64,000 nucleotides of DNA, taken from the NCBI RefSeq assembly GCF_052425735.1, contig NC_135762.1, positions 26,164,001-26,228,000 of the forward strand, given 5' to 3'. Positions 1-13,702 of the stretch are shown piece by piece. Made by a program: the position numbers and the translations under genes. The notes beneath the pieces were generated by a model that was not told the DNA's origin, made no database searches, and worked only from the letters and a program-made list of their open reading frames with translations. This stretch comes from Oculina patagonica (Eukaryota). The first letter of the stretch is position 1; each line of letters begins with the position of its first letter.

Positions 1-2202
1 AATACGCTCCTTTTACTGGAAGCCACCAGGGAGCTGCCGCAACCTGACATTTTACCAAAGAGTGGAAAATTAGTTGCTAAGCATGGCCAAACTTGATGGT
101 ACCCTAAACAATGATCAGAACTATTGTCATCATTGTCACTATTAAGAATAATTTTTTTACTCACTGCTTGGTGTATATTCTTCTTTATCTCTTTGCTAAT
201 CTTTCCTTCAAGTACAAATGAATCTCCAAATTTTTCAGCCTGTGAAATGAAAATAAATACGGGTAAATCCATAAATCTGCCATGATGACATAATTTTTAA
301 TATTAATTAAAATGATGAACATGTTGATGTCATACTTGTCGTTTTCAGTCATTTGTCATTATATTACACTACTATATATACCATTTGTGTTATTGACTGT
401 CACTGAGCATGCTTGGACAATAAAGGATTTATTAAATGGGCAAATAATGTCACGAATTGAGAACTGACGTGGAATGACTTCTTGAATTGTAACCTTAAAG
501 ATGAATTCCAGTCCGTACTGCGTAATCTCGGCTGCAATGTTTATGTGAGCCTCACACGAAGGGAATGTTTACAAGCAAAACTAAAAATTCCGCGACAAAC
601 TTACCTTTTTCTTCATTATTAACGCCAGATATCCTTGCAGAACAAATAATAAGGAGTAGAAGAACCTTGACGCCATTTCAAACCGACGTTTCAGCTCATC
701 GAAAAATTCTAGAACGAAACGAACTGTAATGGCGGACTAAAAAACGTCATGTATGCTGTCACCGAAGTGTAACGTTTCAACGAATTCAAAACAAAAACGT
801 AAACAAACCCCGAGTCTGCGCAGTACGGACTGGAAGTCAGCTTTAAGGAAGCCAGTTCAAAGCACGAGTAACCACCCCAGGGGGGGTACTCCGGGATCCA
901 AGTGACGGGGATGTGCGAAGGATTTTTTTGGGGTTGAAATTTTCGATTTCGGGATTTTTTTGGGTAGGAGAATTTGGCAGGTATTTTTTTGGGTGACTTG
1001 ATTTAAATAGGGGATTTTTTTGGGTATTAAAATCAAACTAAAGTGCCTTGGCGCGGCCTTGGCAATTAAGGGGTAATTTGACTAGGGATTTTTTTGGGCG
1101 TTTTTTTTTTTTTTGGTCCAGGGATTTTTTTGGGTAATGTCGGGAGACTCAGGGATTTTTTTGGGTCCTGAGTTTTGCCTCCATTCGATCATCCCCGTCA
1201 CTTTGATCCCGGAGTACCCCCCCCTGGGGTAACCACACAAACTCTTTGTCGTCATTGGATTAAACAATAAAAAATAAATTAGTTGATTTAACTGATTAAC
1301 AAGTTTAAAGAAGGAAAATATTTTTCTTCACATAAAATTTCAGTGTGAGAGCTGGCAGCAGTCACGGAGAAGAGGAAAGGAGGATTGGAGGCCACTAACA
1401 AAATGGTACCTGTACAAGTATGCCCACAAAAAAATATTATCAATTGTAAAGTGGACGATGGCTATTCACTTATTTGTTTTATTACATGGCTGTGCTTCGC
1501 GAGCAGGCAAGATGAGGTGAACCCTGCATTCTGATTGGCTACCTGAGCTGGCAAGATCGGCCTATTTTGCCGCTCGGGATTGTCTGTGATTTTCCCGCAA
1601 ATTAATTTGTTGTTGCCCACATTCTCCCTACCCACCCACAAGGATGACATATTATTATAATGATATTATTTTGTGTACTTCTGCCACCCTTGTACGTGTA
1701 GGGCTTGGGCAAAGATCCCCGTAACCGGCATTTTAAAGTATTAAATAACTACGATGTATTCTACCTCTGTGACATGACCAGTACTGTTAACAAAAAGTTC
1801 AAACTCTGCATTGCTGGCCTCGTAAATGTCCATATAAAAGGAATCAACTTTCACTTCTCTCGCTGGTCCTTCACCATCCATTGGTAGAAAGGGTTTATCA
1901 GTACCCATTGTAAATCGTCCACCTTTCACAAAAGCCATTTGATTCGTCCTTTTGAAAGGTGATTTCAATTTGATTTCGTTGTCTTTGTTTCCTCTGTTTA
2001 GCGACGTTGCTTCTTTATTTAAAGCATTATTTCGCTTTAACGCAGAACATCCACAAGTTTTCTTGCTTTCCAAGTGAATAGAGTTCGAATTTAGTCCAGA
2101 ATTGAATAAACGAATACTATAGCCAAAACTTGGGCAAGTTTCTTGACTGGTGAACACCAAAGCTGCTGCCATTTGCAGCCAGATTAAAAGTTCTATCCAC
2201 AT
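1..2202 (-). CDS. SUMF1: Formylglycine-generating enzyme (sulfatase-modifying factor 1), exons 1-3; gene runs off the left edge
   Basis: Exons 2202-1765, 239-165 and 43-<1, GT-AG, phase 0. Signal peptide, CGC motif, and GGRFTMGTD..DGEGPAREV..FYMDIYEASNAEF..VTE|AEKFGDSFVLEG..QA|VAAAPWWLPVKGA, matching the FGE N-terminal region. Confidence 0.93.
499..842. mobile_element. Kolobok-like MITE
   Basis: Imperfect TIRs (AGATGAATTCCAGTCCGTACTGCG / CGCAGTACGGACTGGAAGTCAGCT) flanked by TTAA at 495-498 and 843-846. Confidence 0.7.
876..1228. mobile_element. MITE with CCCAGGGGGGGTACTCC termini and 8-bp TSD
   Basis: TIRs of about 35 bp; exact TSD GTAACCAC at 868-875 and 1229-1236; internal GGGATTTTTTTGGG repeats. 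Confidence 0.85.
1480..1600. repeat. Interspersed repeat fragment, possibly a Crypton-like end
   Basis: TACATGGCT..GCAAGATG..TTCTGATTGGCTACC..GCAAGAT..CGCTCGGGATT pattern recalled from cnidarian repeats; not verified. Confidence 0.35.
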
Positions 2203-2383
2203 GCTGCCAGTTGTAGGGATATATGAAAAAGAAAAGATTTGACAAATGTATAGATAAAAGTTTTACAACATAAACATTCTGTTTTGATCACATGCTTCTC
2301 AGAAGCTCTCGTGCTTGGTAACCGCGGTCGCTTATGAGCCGTCATTTTTTTGCAGCGGTATATGCCATATCAATAGAAACAAA
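2203..2383. promoter_or_regulatory. Bidirectional promoter between SUMF1 and NXT
   Basis: Only 181 bp separate the divergent ATGs at 2202 (-) and 2384 (+); CpG-containing core; repeated at 8963-9145. Confidence 0.7.
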
Positions 2384-4477
2384 ATGGCGGCCAGAGTCGG
2401 AGTAAGTTGTCTTTATAGAATTTGAGCTTTTATCTTTATCAAGCTCAATCTGCTGAACTTTTTTTACCTCTTAACTAGGATTTAAGAAACGCAATCGATC
2501 AAGCAACTCAAGCAGGCGAGGAATTTAGCAACGTTTACTACGAAACATTCGACAAAAGACGACATGTGAGTTCGTTTTTATACACCATAAGAAATTCGAA
2601 ACGTTGCGATTTTTTCCTTCTTTGTAGATAGCTAGGTCTTATTTTTTCTCCGTCTGATCATATTTTGTTTGTAGCTCATGTCAAAATTGTATTCGGAGAA
2701 CACGACAATAATATGGAATGGAAATCTAGTGAATGGTGGATCAGCCAAAGTGACGGAATTCTTCAATGGCCTTCCTGCCACTGAACACACCCTTCATTCT
2801 CTCGACTGCCAGCCAGTATCAGGTATTTAGAAAAGAGAATATATCTAAGAAACACTTCAGTCAAATATATCTTTCTTTGCGTGTTTCTGTTTTTGTCGTA
2901 GTTTACTCATGTACAGTAGATCGTTAAAAACAGTGGTCTGGCATACATGTAGCTTGGACTTACATAATTAGCATCAATCAAGATAACATAATTAGCATAT
3001 TTAGCATAATTTGGACTTTCATAATTACCGGTAGCATGTAACACAGTGTAAAGGTAAAGCCTGCGTCAAGAAAAGTGGCCCATACCACTGGATCATCAGG
3101 GATTATCCTGGTTTCTGTAGCATACAATTAGGAGTATTTGCTAGTCTATTGCAGGGTTATTCCTCAGCATTTACATTAATGTGCCGGTACCCATTTATAT
3201 TATACAGTACACCTGGCCCTGGTTGCTCAAATGATGGATAACGCTATCCACCAGATACAAATTGTAAATCACTATCCGGTGGATAAGTGTAGCTTGTTTT
3301 GTCAGCTGGGCCCTTGGTGGAGAGGGGCATAGCACAATGCCCCTGAATTGGCACTTGAATCCACTTGTGCGCTTATGGCCACAACATCTCCCATTACATA
3401 CTGTCTTGTGGTTCTTTATTAAATAATATCAATGCCAATGATAACCTTAAATTTGAAGGTTATCCTTGGCATTGATATCCCTGCCTCCTTTACTTTTTTT
3501 TAATCAAGGAAAAGTTGAAATTCCAATCCTTATTATTACAGTCTATGAAATCTGATTTCTGAAACCCTCAGTTTCTCAAACTTCCCTGTAACTCGAACCA
3601 AAAGTTATTTTCCCTCGGATTTGCTTCACTAAGAAAACTGGGATTCCACTATAGTCTTGTGCGGGCAAAAAACAATATCTAATGCTTGATTTGCTCAGTT
3701 GTGTAATGTGAGGATTTCATTTAAGGAGAAGTTCACTTCAGAATGGCCATTTATTTTTTTTACGCCAATAAAAAGTTTATACAAAGATATGTTATTCACC
3801 AAAATTTCAGCCTCCTACGTGCACAATAACCCTACAAAATCTTTCTTAAAACTCGACAACTGAATGCCGCCATCTTGGAGCTGGTAATGTATGCGTGACA
3901 TCAAAGAGCTCAGCCTGAAGTTTGGCGGGAAAATTTAAATACTCAAAACTCCTTGTTTTTCTCGTAGTGACTTTTGTTTGTCAAAATGCCTGTTTGTGCA
4001 TTTCCATGTTGCTCAAACAGAGCTCCAAGAAATACAGAAAACAAGGAGTTTTGACTTTTAAAATTTCCCGCCAAACTTTAGGCTGAGCTCTTTGACGGCA
4101 CGCATACATTACCAGCTCCAAGATGGCGGCGTTCAGTTGTCGAGTTTTGGGAAAGATTTCGTAGGGTTATAGCGCACGTTGGAGGCTGAAATTTTGGTGA
4201 ATAACATATCTCTGTATAAACTTTTTATTGGCGTAAAGAAAATAAATGGCCATTCTAGAGTGAGCTTCTCCTTTAAATATCAATTATATATATTCAATAT
4301 CTATTTTGATCCTCAGATCAGGCAATTCCTGGACAGACTACAGTTCTGGTGGTAACTGAAGGAACAGTCAAGTATGATGGCCACCAAGCAAAACAATTTT
4401 CTCAGAACTTTTTGTTGACTGCTGAGGGTGGAAAGGTGTGGAAGGTTGCAAGCGACTGCTTCAGATTTATCGGATGA
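2384..4477 (+). CDS. NXT1: NTF2-related export protein (NXT/p15), copy 1, 137 aa
   Basis: Exons 2384-2401, 2479-2565, 2675-2822, 4317-4477 (414 nt, GT-AG, phases agree). [81 protein letters not shown]1 vs NXT2 cannot be assigned. Confidence 0.92.
3052..3392 (-). mobile_element. Degenerate SINE with a nested GGATAA/TATCC mini-element at about 3215-3313
   Basis: Shares blocks (GTTTCTGTAGCAT, GCAGGGTT, ACCCATT..ACACCTGG) with the SINE at 24465-24701; second copy near 9811-10151. Confidence 0.5.
3721..4276. mobile_element. Kolobok-like fold-back MITE in NXT intron 3
   Basis: Inverted arms of about 240 bp (GGAGAAGTTCACTTCAGAATGGCC.. / ..GGCCATTCTAGAGTGAGCTTCTCC), bounded by TTAA. Confidence 0.8.
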
Positions 4478-5069
4478 AGGCCAAATAATCTATGCGTACA
4501 TGCCCCTCAAACTTGAAACAAACCTTTATAAACCGTGTATATAATTACTGTTGCCTAAAATAGTGCGCATGTAAAAGATTGTGGGATGAAAACATCTCGC
4601 CAACATCCAGGAATTGAAGGAACAGCCACCTCCTTGGCTTCCAGTATTATTATTATAACAGTGTGAAGACCAGAAAAAAAGTGATCACAAGCCAGTGGAA
4701 GTTTGATAAGATTGTACATGTACTGAACATAGCTGAAACACTGTTATTATATGTGCAATACATTACAGCGTACATGTGTATATACAGGTTTAGCCCAAAA
4801 TTTCAAGATGACATTGGACAAACCTAGTTACTGTAATGTTTGCATTTAATGAGCCTTACTCAAGTCAGTGATGTTCTAAATTCACTGTGCTTAATCTCGT
4901 AATTTATTTGAAATCACTCTTGAGAATAAAAGGTGGATCAAAACTTCTGCAGGCCCTGGGTCAGGTTGTTCAAAGGTGATTGACCTTAACCCAGGATTAA
5001 ATTTCCTTATCATGGGAGAACAACTAGGGCCTGTGTTCTATCCACACAGCCAACAACAAACACCTTTAA

Positions 5070-5872
5070 AGTGTATATGACATGAAAAATATTTTCTGCT
5101 TATTTGAAAGGCCTTTCGAAATACAGAAGAATAGCGTTTTTCTTTTCGAAATATCTTTTTCGTTTTAGAGATATTGACGTTTTTGTATTATGCAAATTAG
5201 ATCAGTGATGACGTCACAAGATTTGACTCAAAAAATGGTAAAATTCTGAATAAACAATATCTCTAAAACTATTGAAGCAGTGTTCTTGAAACTTGGCACC
5301 ACAAATGTGCATCACAAAAGAAACAAAAATATTATTAATGTTACTCTTAGTATTGTTGCCATAGCAACTCTTTCAGCTCCAGTCTCTCTCTGTCAAAAAG
5401 ACAAATATCCCCATATCTGACCTCTAAAGTGAGACAAAGGGTCCTGCTTAGAACAGACATAGTTCCCATATTGCCCAAATTCCCACCATTGGTTTGGCTG
5501 CACTAGATGGTTCTTGGTTTACGACAAAAACTGGGAATTTCAGTTTTTTATTGAGACAGCACCAGCGGCAAAACTGTTGTCATGGCAACAGCCCTAAGAG
5601 TATCATTTTGTTTCTTTTGTGATGCACATTTGTGGTGCCAAGTTTCAAGAACTCTGCTTTAATAGTTTTGGAGATATTGTTTATTCAGCATTTTACCATT
5701 TTTTAGAGTCAAATCTTGTGACGTCATCACTGATCTCATTTGCATAATACAAAAACGTCAATATCTCTAAAACGAAAAAGATATTTCGAAAAGAAAAACG
5801 CCATTCTTGAAACTTCTGTATTTCGAAAGGCCTTTCAAATAAGCAGAAAATATTTTTCATGTCATATACACT
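5070..5872. mobile_element. Kolobok-like fold-back MITE
   Basis: AGTGTATATGACATG..CATGTCATATACACT; arms over 250 bp; TTAA at 5066-5069 and 5873-5876. Confidence 0.85.
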
Positions 5873-6938
5873 TTAAATATCTAAACAAAGTGCACTTTAC
5901 TTTTTGTTAGTAAGCTGGTTGTTGCAAATGCACTAATAATTTATTAACAAATGCCACTTTTCAAAATAATTTACATGTAACTCCATGTAGACAGTTCTGC
6001 ACTATTTAAGCTGCAAAACACAGTAACTGGTTTACGGTAAGCACTTTTTAAAAAAAAAACATTTAGAACTGACTAAAATCATGTTCCTATTGAAAACTTC
6101 TATGGAGCCAAACAAATTTCTCCATCTGAATGCAAGTTCGAGATTTATCTCTGCTAACCAGGCCAGCCCACTTATCTGGCTGGCTTGCCTCCATACAAAG
6201 AAGTTCTTTGTTTTTGTACAATTTTGTATCAGTCCTGGAATAGCTTTGCCCAGTCTAAAATGTCAGTTTGACTCCCAAGTCTCCTGTGTGTTATGACACC
6301 TTTTCAGAGATGATCAAGTGCTAATTCTCACAACTTGCCTGCTTGAAATTCTTGTAAAAAGGAACTGAGAAGTTGGAAATTAATCACTGTTGTGGACTAA
6401 GCTATTACTACGAAAATCACTAAACTGTGGAATAGGCCCAAATTTTTTTGTAGCTGTCCCGCCCACTTTCCTCTGAAAATTCCAACCATCGCCTTGTGGC
6501 ATATAATTCACAGCTTGCTGATTACATCACGATGGTTGTTAAATAAAGCCTCAAATAAACAGTCGGTAAAAGAGAAACTCAATAAAAGCTTGGTTTAACG
6601 AAGTGCTTGCAATTTTCCTTAAACGGTCATGTCAAAATTTGGCACTAATTTTATGTTTTGGTGCGAAAAAAAAAATTAAATTAAGCCAAGATTTTTTTTC
6701 AAGCACAGTTCAAACAAACGATCGTAAACAACAGTGTCGGCAAGGAGGTACATGAGCCACAGCAATATCTGGAATTTGTCAACGAAAGAGGGTGAGGCAG
6801 CATTATAAAAATTCCTGCCCATTCCACAGTTTGGTAATTTTCATAGTACAACAAAGCAACTTTTCTCCTCTTGTCCTAATCACATTGTAGACAACTACTT
6901 GTACTGTGATTTTGCCCAATTTTAGTCATCTTCAATGT

Positions 6939-7880
6939 CTATTTTTGCCATTCTTTCCATTCCATTCCATCAGGAGGTTTACAATCTACATGCTTTTGTT
7001 TAACTTCATCCCAGTTAGTACTCAAGACTGTCCCGCCTGATTCAACAAACGATTTATTCATTGCTCTTCGCACTTCCTCGTTGCCATCACCATAAATCTG
7101 TTGAAATAATTGATTGAGAGCAGCTTCTCCTTCGAGTTTTTCATCCTTCTCATCCTTTGCAATTTGCGCCGCAACTTTATCCCAGTCTTTTCCAACATGT
7201 CGAGATGAAGGATATTTATACACAGGGTCATCTGAAGCTTTTGATTTTTCTGAAATAAAATAATCTTGGTATAAATCTTTATGTAAACAAATTCATTTTC
7301 ATTTACACTTTTACATGTATTGTAGCATGGTACTGAGTGTACATGTATCTTGTCTATGGGAGGTAGGATGATGTACATGAAACAACCCCACCACTGATCA
7401 TGTGATGTGCTGCCACGACCCCTAAGATTTGAAACAGAGTTGACTTTGTTAAAGGAGCTACGTCGCAGACAACACATTTTGAAAAAATCGGCAAAGTTTT
7501 TCAAATTTGTCGTTTCGAAATATTTATTAGTCGAAACCATTCTTGGTTATTTTCTCCTTTTTATCACTCCTTTGTTGTTTTTCTATGTTAGAAAACTATT
7601 ATTTTGAAGTTTTCTTCAATTTGAAAGGAATCAGAAAAAAATGACTTACTATTATACCATGACATTGCTCTTTTAATGATTTTCACTAAGGTCTTACTTC
7701 AGAGAACTTTTCACCTTGACGGACGCACTAGGCAAACTTTTAATCATAATTAGATGGTAATTATACTCTGCAGTTGTCGATGCACTAACCTTTTGTCGGA
7801 AATGGTTTTACAGCAATTTCATCAGCGGCTTCCAGTGATGACCACCTTATTCCTTCAGCTTTTTTCATCTTCAGTTCAAT
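6939..7880 (-). CDS. SUGT1: SUGT1 last two exons, duplicate/haplotype copy, cut 5' by the assembly gap
   Basis: Exons 7880-7790 ([17 protein letters not shown], end of CS domain) and 7249-6939 (SGS domain: [28 protein letters not shown]); ORF intact. Confidence 0.8.
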
Positions 7881-8033
7881 CTGCAAGTCAGAGCATATCT
7901 CAAAATATTAAATCTCCGTCATGATTACTGTAAATCAAATCAACTTACATTTTTTTTACCCGCAATAACACTGAAATTATCACTGCAGTTCTGCTTTACC
8001 ACAGTGAAGTACATTGAGAAATTATTTGGAGGG

Positions 8034-8533
8034 NNNNNNNNNNNNNNNNNNNNNNNNNNNNNNNNNNNNNNNNNNNNNNNNNNNNNNNNNNNNNNNNNNN
8101 NNNNNNNNNNNNNNNNNNNNNNNNNNNNNNNNNNNNNNNNNNNNNNNNNNNNNNNNNNNNNNNNNNNNNNNNNNNNNNNNNNNNNNNNNNNNNNNNNNNN
8201 NNNNNNNNNNNNNNNNNNNNNNNNNNNNNNNNNNNNNNNNNNNNNNNNNNNNNNNNNNNNNNNNNNNNNNNNNNNNNNNNNNNNNNNNNNNNNNNNNNNN
8301 NNNNNNNNNNNNNNNNNNNNNNNNNNNNNNNNNNNNNNNNNNNNNNNNNNNNNNNNNNNNNNNNNNNNNNNNNNNNNNNNNNNNNNNNNNNNNNNNNNNN
8401 NNNNNNNNNNNNNNNNNNNNNNNNNNNNNNNNNNNNNNNNNNNNNNNNNNNNNNNNNNNNNNNNNNNNNNNNNNNNNNNNNNNNNNNNNNNNNNNNNNNN
8501 NNNNNNNNNNNNNNNNNNNNNNNNNNNNNNNNN
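8034..8533. other. Assembly gap (500 N)
   Basis: Run of exactly 500 N. Confidence 1.
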
Positions 8534-8962
8534 ATGACCAGTACTGTTAACAAAAAGTTCAAACTCTGCATTGCTGGCCTCGTAAATGTCCATATAAAAA
8601 GAATCAACTTCCACTTCTCTTGCTGGTCCTTCCCCGTCCACTGGAAGAAAGGGTTTATCAGTACCCATTGTAAATCGTCCACCTTTCACAAAAGCCATTT
8701 GATTCGTCCTTTTGAAAGGTGATTTCAATTTGATTTCGTCGTCTTTGTTTCCTCTGTTTAGTGACGTTGCTTCTTTATTTAAAGCATTATTTCGCTTTAA
8801 CGCAGAACATCCACAAGTTTTCTTGCTCTCAAAGTGAATAGAGTTCGAATTAAGTCCAGAATTGAATAAACGAATACTATAGCCAAAACTTGGGCAAGTT
8901 TCTTGACTGGTTAACACCAATGCAGCTCCCATTTGCAGCCATATTAAAAGTTCTATCCACAT
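8534..8962 (-). CDS. SUMF1: SUMF1 exon 1, duplicate/haplotype copy, cut by the gap
   Basis: ATG at 8962; same protein as 2202-1774 with 6 amino-acid differences. Confidence 0.8.
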
Positions 8963-9145
8963 GCTGCCAGTTGTAGGGATATATGAAACAAAAAAGAAAA
9001 GATTTGACAAATGTATAAAAGTTTTAGAACATAAACATTCTGTTTTGATCACATGCTTCTCAGAAGCTCTCGTGCTTGGTAACCGCGGTCGCTTATGAGC
9101 CGTCATTTTTTTGCAGCGGTATATGCCATATCTATAGAAAACAAA

Positions 9146-11236
9146 ATGGCGGCCAGAGTCGGAGTAAGTTGTCTTTATAGAATTTGAGCTTTTATCTTTA
9201 TCAAGCTCAATCTGCTGAACTTTTTTTACCTCCCAACTAGGATTTAAGAAACGCAATCGATCAAGCAACTCAAGCAGGCGAGGAATTTAGCAACGTTTAC
9301 TACGAAACATTCGACAAAAGACGACATGTGAGTTCGTTTTACACCATAAGAAATTCGAAACGTTGCGATTTTTTCCTTCTTTGTAGATAGCTAGGTCTTA
9401 TTTTTTCTCCGTCTGATCATATTTTGTTTGTAGCTCATGTCAAAATTGTATTCGGAGAACACGACAATAATATGGAATGGAAATCTAGTGAATGGTGGAT
9501 CAGCCAAAGTGACGGAATTCTTCAATGGCCTTCCTGCCACTGAACACACCCTTCATTCTCTCGACTGCCAGCCAGTATCAGGTATTTAGAAAAGAGAATA
9601 TATCTAAGAAACACTTCAGTCAAATATATCTTTCTTTGCGTGTTTCTGTTTTTGTCGTAGTTTACTAATGTACAGTAGATCGTTAAAAGCAGTGGTCTGG
9701 CATACATGTAGCTTGGACTTACATAATTAGCATCAATCAAGATAACATAATTAGCATATTTAGCATAATTTGGACTTTCATAATTACCGGTAGCATGTAA
9801 CACAGTGTAAAGGTAAAGCCTGCGTCAAGAAAAGTGGCCCATACCACTGGATCATCAGGGATTATCCTGGTTTCTGTAGCATACAATTAGGAGTATTTGC
9901 TAGTCTATTGCAGGGTTATTCCTCAGCATTTACATTAATGTGCCGGTACCCATTTATATTATACAGTACACCTGGCCCTGGTTGCTCAAATGATGGATAA
10001 CGCTATCCACCAGATACAAATTGTAAATCACTATCCGGTGGATAAGTGTAGCTTGTTTTGTCAGCTGGGCCCTTGGTGGAGAGGGGCATAGCATTATGCC
10101 CCTGAATTGGCACTTGAATCCACTTGTGCGCTTATGGCCACAACATCTCCCATTACATACTGTCTTGTGGTTCTTTATTAAATAATATCAATGCCAATGA
10201 TAACCTTAAATTTGAAGGTTATCCTTGGCATTGATATCCCTGCCTCCTTTACTTTTTTTTAATCAAGGAAAAGTTGAAATTCCAATCCTTATTATTACAG
10301 TCTATGAAATCTGATTTCTGAAACCCTCAGTTTCTCAAACCTCCCTGTAACTCGAACCAAAAGTTATTTTCCCTCGGATTTGCTTCACTAAGAAAACTGG
10401 GATTCCACTATAGTCTTGTGCGGGCAAAAAACAATATCTAATGCTTGATTTGCTCAGTTGTGTAATGTGAGGATTTCATTTAAGGAGAAGTTCACTTCAG
10501 AATGGCCATTTATTTTTTTTACGCCAATAAAAAGTTTATACAAAGATATGTTATTCACCAAAATTTCAGCCTCCTACGTGCACAATAACCCTACAAAATC
10601 TTTCTTAAAACTCGACAACTGAATGCCGCCATCTTGGAGCTGGTAATGTATGCGTGACATCAAAGAGCTCAGCCTGAAGTTTGGCGGGAAAATTTAAATA
10701 CTCAAAACTCCTTGTTTTTCTCGTAGTGACTTTTGTTTGTCAAAATGCCTGTTTGTGCATTTCCATGTTGCTCAAACAGAGCTCCAAGAAATACAGAAAA
10801 CAAGGAGTTTTGACTTTTAAAATTTCCCGCCAAACTTTAGGCTGAGCTCTTTGACGGCACGCATACATTACCAGCTCCAAGATGGCGGCGTTCAGTTGTC
10901 GAGTTTTGGGAAAGATTTCGTAGGGTTATAGCGCACGTTGGAGGCTGAAATTTTGGTGAATAACATATCTCTGTATAAACTTTTTATTGGCGTAAAGAAA
11001 ATAAATGGCCATTCTAGAGTGAGCTTCTCCTTTAAATATCAATTATATATATTCAATATCTATTTTGATCCTCAGATCAGGCAATTCCTGGACAGACTAC
11101 AGTTCTGGTGGTAACTGAAGGAACAGTCAAGTATGATGGCCACCAAGCAAAACAATTTTCTCAGAACTTTTTGTTGACTGCTGAGGGTGGAAAGGTGTGG
11201 AAGGTTGCAAGCGACTGCTTCAGATTTATCGGATGA
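9146..11236 (+). CDS. NXT1: NTF2-related export protein (NXT/p15), copy 2
   Basis: Exons 9146-9163, 9241-9327, 9434-9581, 11076-11236; coding sequence appears identical to copy 1. Confidence 0.9.
10480..11035. mobile_element. Kolobok-like fold-back MITE (copy of 3721-4276)
   Basis: Same sequence inside the duplicated block. Confidence 0.8.
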
Positions 11237-11828
11237 AGGCCAAATAATCTATGCGTACATGCCCCTCAAACTTGAAACAAACCTTTATAAACCGTGTATA
11301 TAATTACTGTTGCCTAAAATAGTGCGCATGTAAAAGATTGTGGGATGAAAACATCTCGCCAACATCCAGGAATTGAAGGAACAGCCACCTCCTTGGCTTC
11401 CAGTATTATTATTATAACAGTGTGAAGACCAGAAAAAAAGTGATCACAAGCCAGTGGAAGTTTGATAAGATTGTACATGTACTGAACATAGCTGAAACAC
11501 TGTTATTATATGTGCAATACATTACAGCGTACATGTGTATATACAGGTTTAGCCCAAAATTTCAAGATGACATTGGACAAACCTAGTTACTGTCATGTTT
11601 GCATTTAATGAGCCTTACTCAAGTCAGTGATGTTCTAAATTCACTGTGCTTAATCTCGTAATTTATTTGAAATCACTCTTGAGAATAAAAGGTGGATCAA
11701 AACTTCTGCAGGCCCTGGGTCAGGTTGTTCAAAGGTGATTGACCTTAACCCAGGATTAAATTTCCTTATCATGGGAGAACAACTAGGGCCTGTGTTCTAT
11801 CCACACAGCCAACAACAAACACCTTTAA

Positions 11829-12631
11829 AGTGTATATGACATGAAAAATATTTTCTGCTTATTTGAAAGGCCTTTCGAAATACAGAAGAATAGCGTTTTT
11901 CTTTTCGAAATATCTTTTTCGTTTTAGAGATATTGACGTTTTTGTATTATGCAAATTAGATCAGTGATGACGTCACAAGATTTGACTCAAAAAATGGTAA
12001 AATTCTGAATAAACAATATCTCTAAAACTATTGAAGCAGTGTTCTTGAAACTTGGCACCACAAATGTGCATCACAAAAGAAACAAAAATATTATTAATGT
12101 TACTCTTAGTATTGTTGCCATAGCAACTCTTTCAGCTCCAGTCTCTCTCTGTCAAAAAGACAAATATCCCCATATCTGACCTCTAAAGTGAGACAAAGGG
12201 TCCTGCTTAGAACAGACATAGTTCCCATATTGCCCAAATTCCCACCATTGGTTTGGCTGCACTAGATGGTTCTTGGTTTACGACAAAAACTGGGAATTTC
12301 AGTTTTTTATTGAGACAGCACCAGCGGCAAAACTGTTGTCATGGCAACAGCCCTAAGAGTATCATTTTGTTTCTTTTGTGATGCACATTTGTGGTGCCAA
12401 GTTTCAAGAACTCTGCTTTAATAGTTTTGGAGATATTGTTTATTCAGCATTTTACCATTTTTTAGAGTCAAATCTTGTGACGTCATCACTGATCTCATTT
12501 GCATAATACAAAAACGTCAATATCTCTAAAACGAAAAAGATATTTCGAAAAGAAAAACGCCATTCTTGAAACTTCTGTATTTCGAAAGGCCTTTCAAATA
12601 AGCAGAAAATATTTTTCATGTCATATACACT
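11829..12631. mobile_element. Kolobok-like fold-back MITE (copy of 5070-5872)
   Basis: Same TIRs and TTAA flanks. Confidence 0.85.
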
Positions 12632-13702
12632 TTAAATATCTAAACAAAGTGCACTTTACTTTTTGTTAGTAAGCTGGTTGTTGCAAATGCACTAATAATT
12701 TATTAACAAATGCCACTTTTCAAAATAATTTACATGTAACTCCATGTAGACAGTTCTGCACTATTTAAGCTGCAAAACACAGTAACTGGTTTACGGTAAG
12801 CACTTTTTAAAAAAAACATTTAGAACTGACTAAAATCATGTTCCTATTGAAAACTTCTATGGAGCCAAACAAATTTCTCCATCTGAATGCAAGTTCGAGA
12901 TTTATCTCTGCTAACCAGGCCAGCCCACTTATCTGGCTGGCTTGCCTCCATACAAAGAAGTTCTTTGTTTTTGTACAATTTTGTATCAGTCCTGGAATAG
13001 CTTTGCCCAGTCTAAAATGTCAGTTTGACTCCCAAGTCTCCTGTGTGTTATGACACCTTTTCAGAGATGATCAAGTGCTAATTCTCACAACTTGCCTGCT
13101 TGAAATTCTTGTAAAAAGGAACTGAGAAGTTGGAAATTAATCACTGTTGTGGACTAAGCTATTACTACGAAAATCACTAAACTGTGGAATAGGCCCAAAT
13201 GTTTTTGTAGCTGTCCCGCCCACTTTCCTCTGAAAATTCCAACCATCGCCTTGTGGCGTATAATTCACAGCTTGCTGATTACATCACGATGGTTGTTAAA
13301 TAAAGCCTCAAATAAACAGTCGGTAAAAGAGAAACTCAATAAAAGCTCGGTTAAACAAAGTGCTTGCAATTTTCCTTAAAAGGTCATGTCAAAATTTGGC
13401 ACTAATTTTATGTTTTGGTGCAAAAAAAAAAATTAAATTAAGCCGAGATTTTTTTTCAAGCACAGTTCAAACAAACGATCGTAAACAACAGTGTCAGCAA
13501 GGAGGCCCAGCACGTGAGCCACAGCAATTTCTGGAATTTGTCAACGAAAGTGGGTGGGGCAGCAATATAAAAATTCCTGCCCGTTCCACAGTTCGGTGAT
13601 TTTTGTAGTACAACAAAGCAACATTTCTTCTCTTGTCCTTATCACATTGTACACAACTACTTGTACTGTGACTCTGCGTAATTTTAGTCATCTCCAACCA
13701 GT

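Noticed and set aside
7940-9268. Long ORFs of 177-442 aa across 8034-8533
   Set aside because: They read through the N gap; only 8534-8962 is real coding sequence (SUMF1 exon 1).
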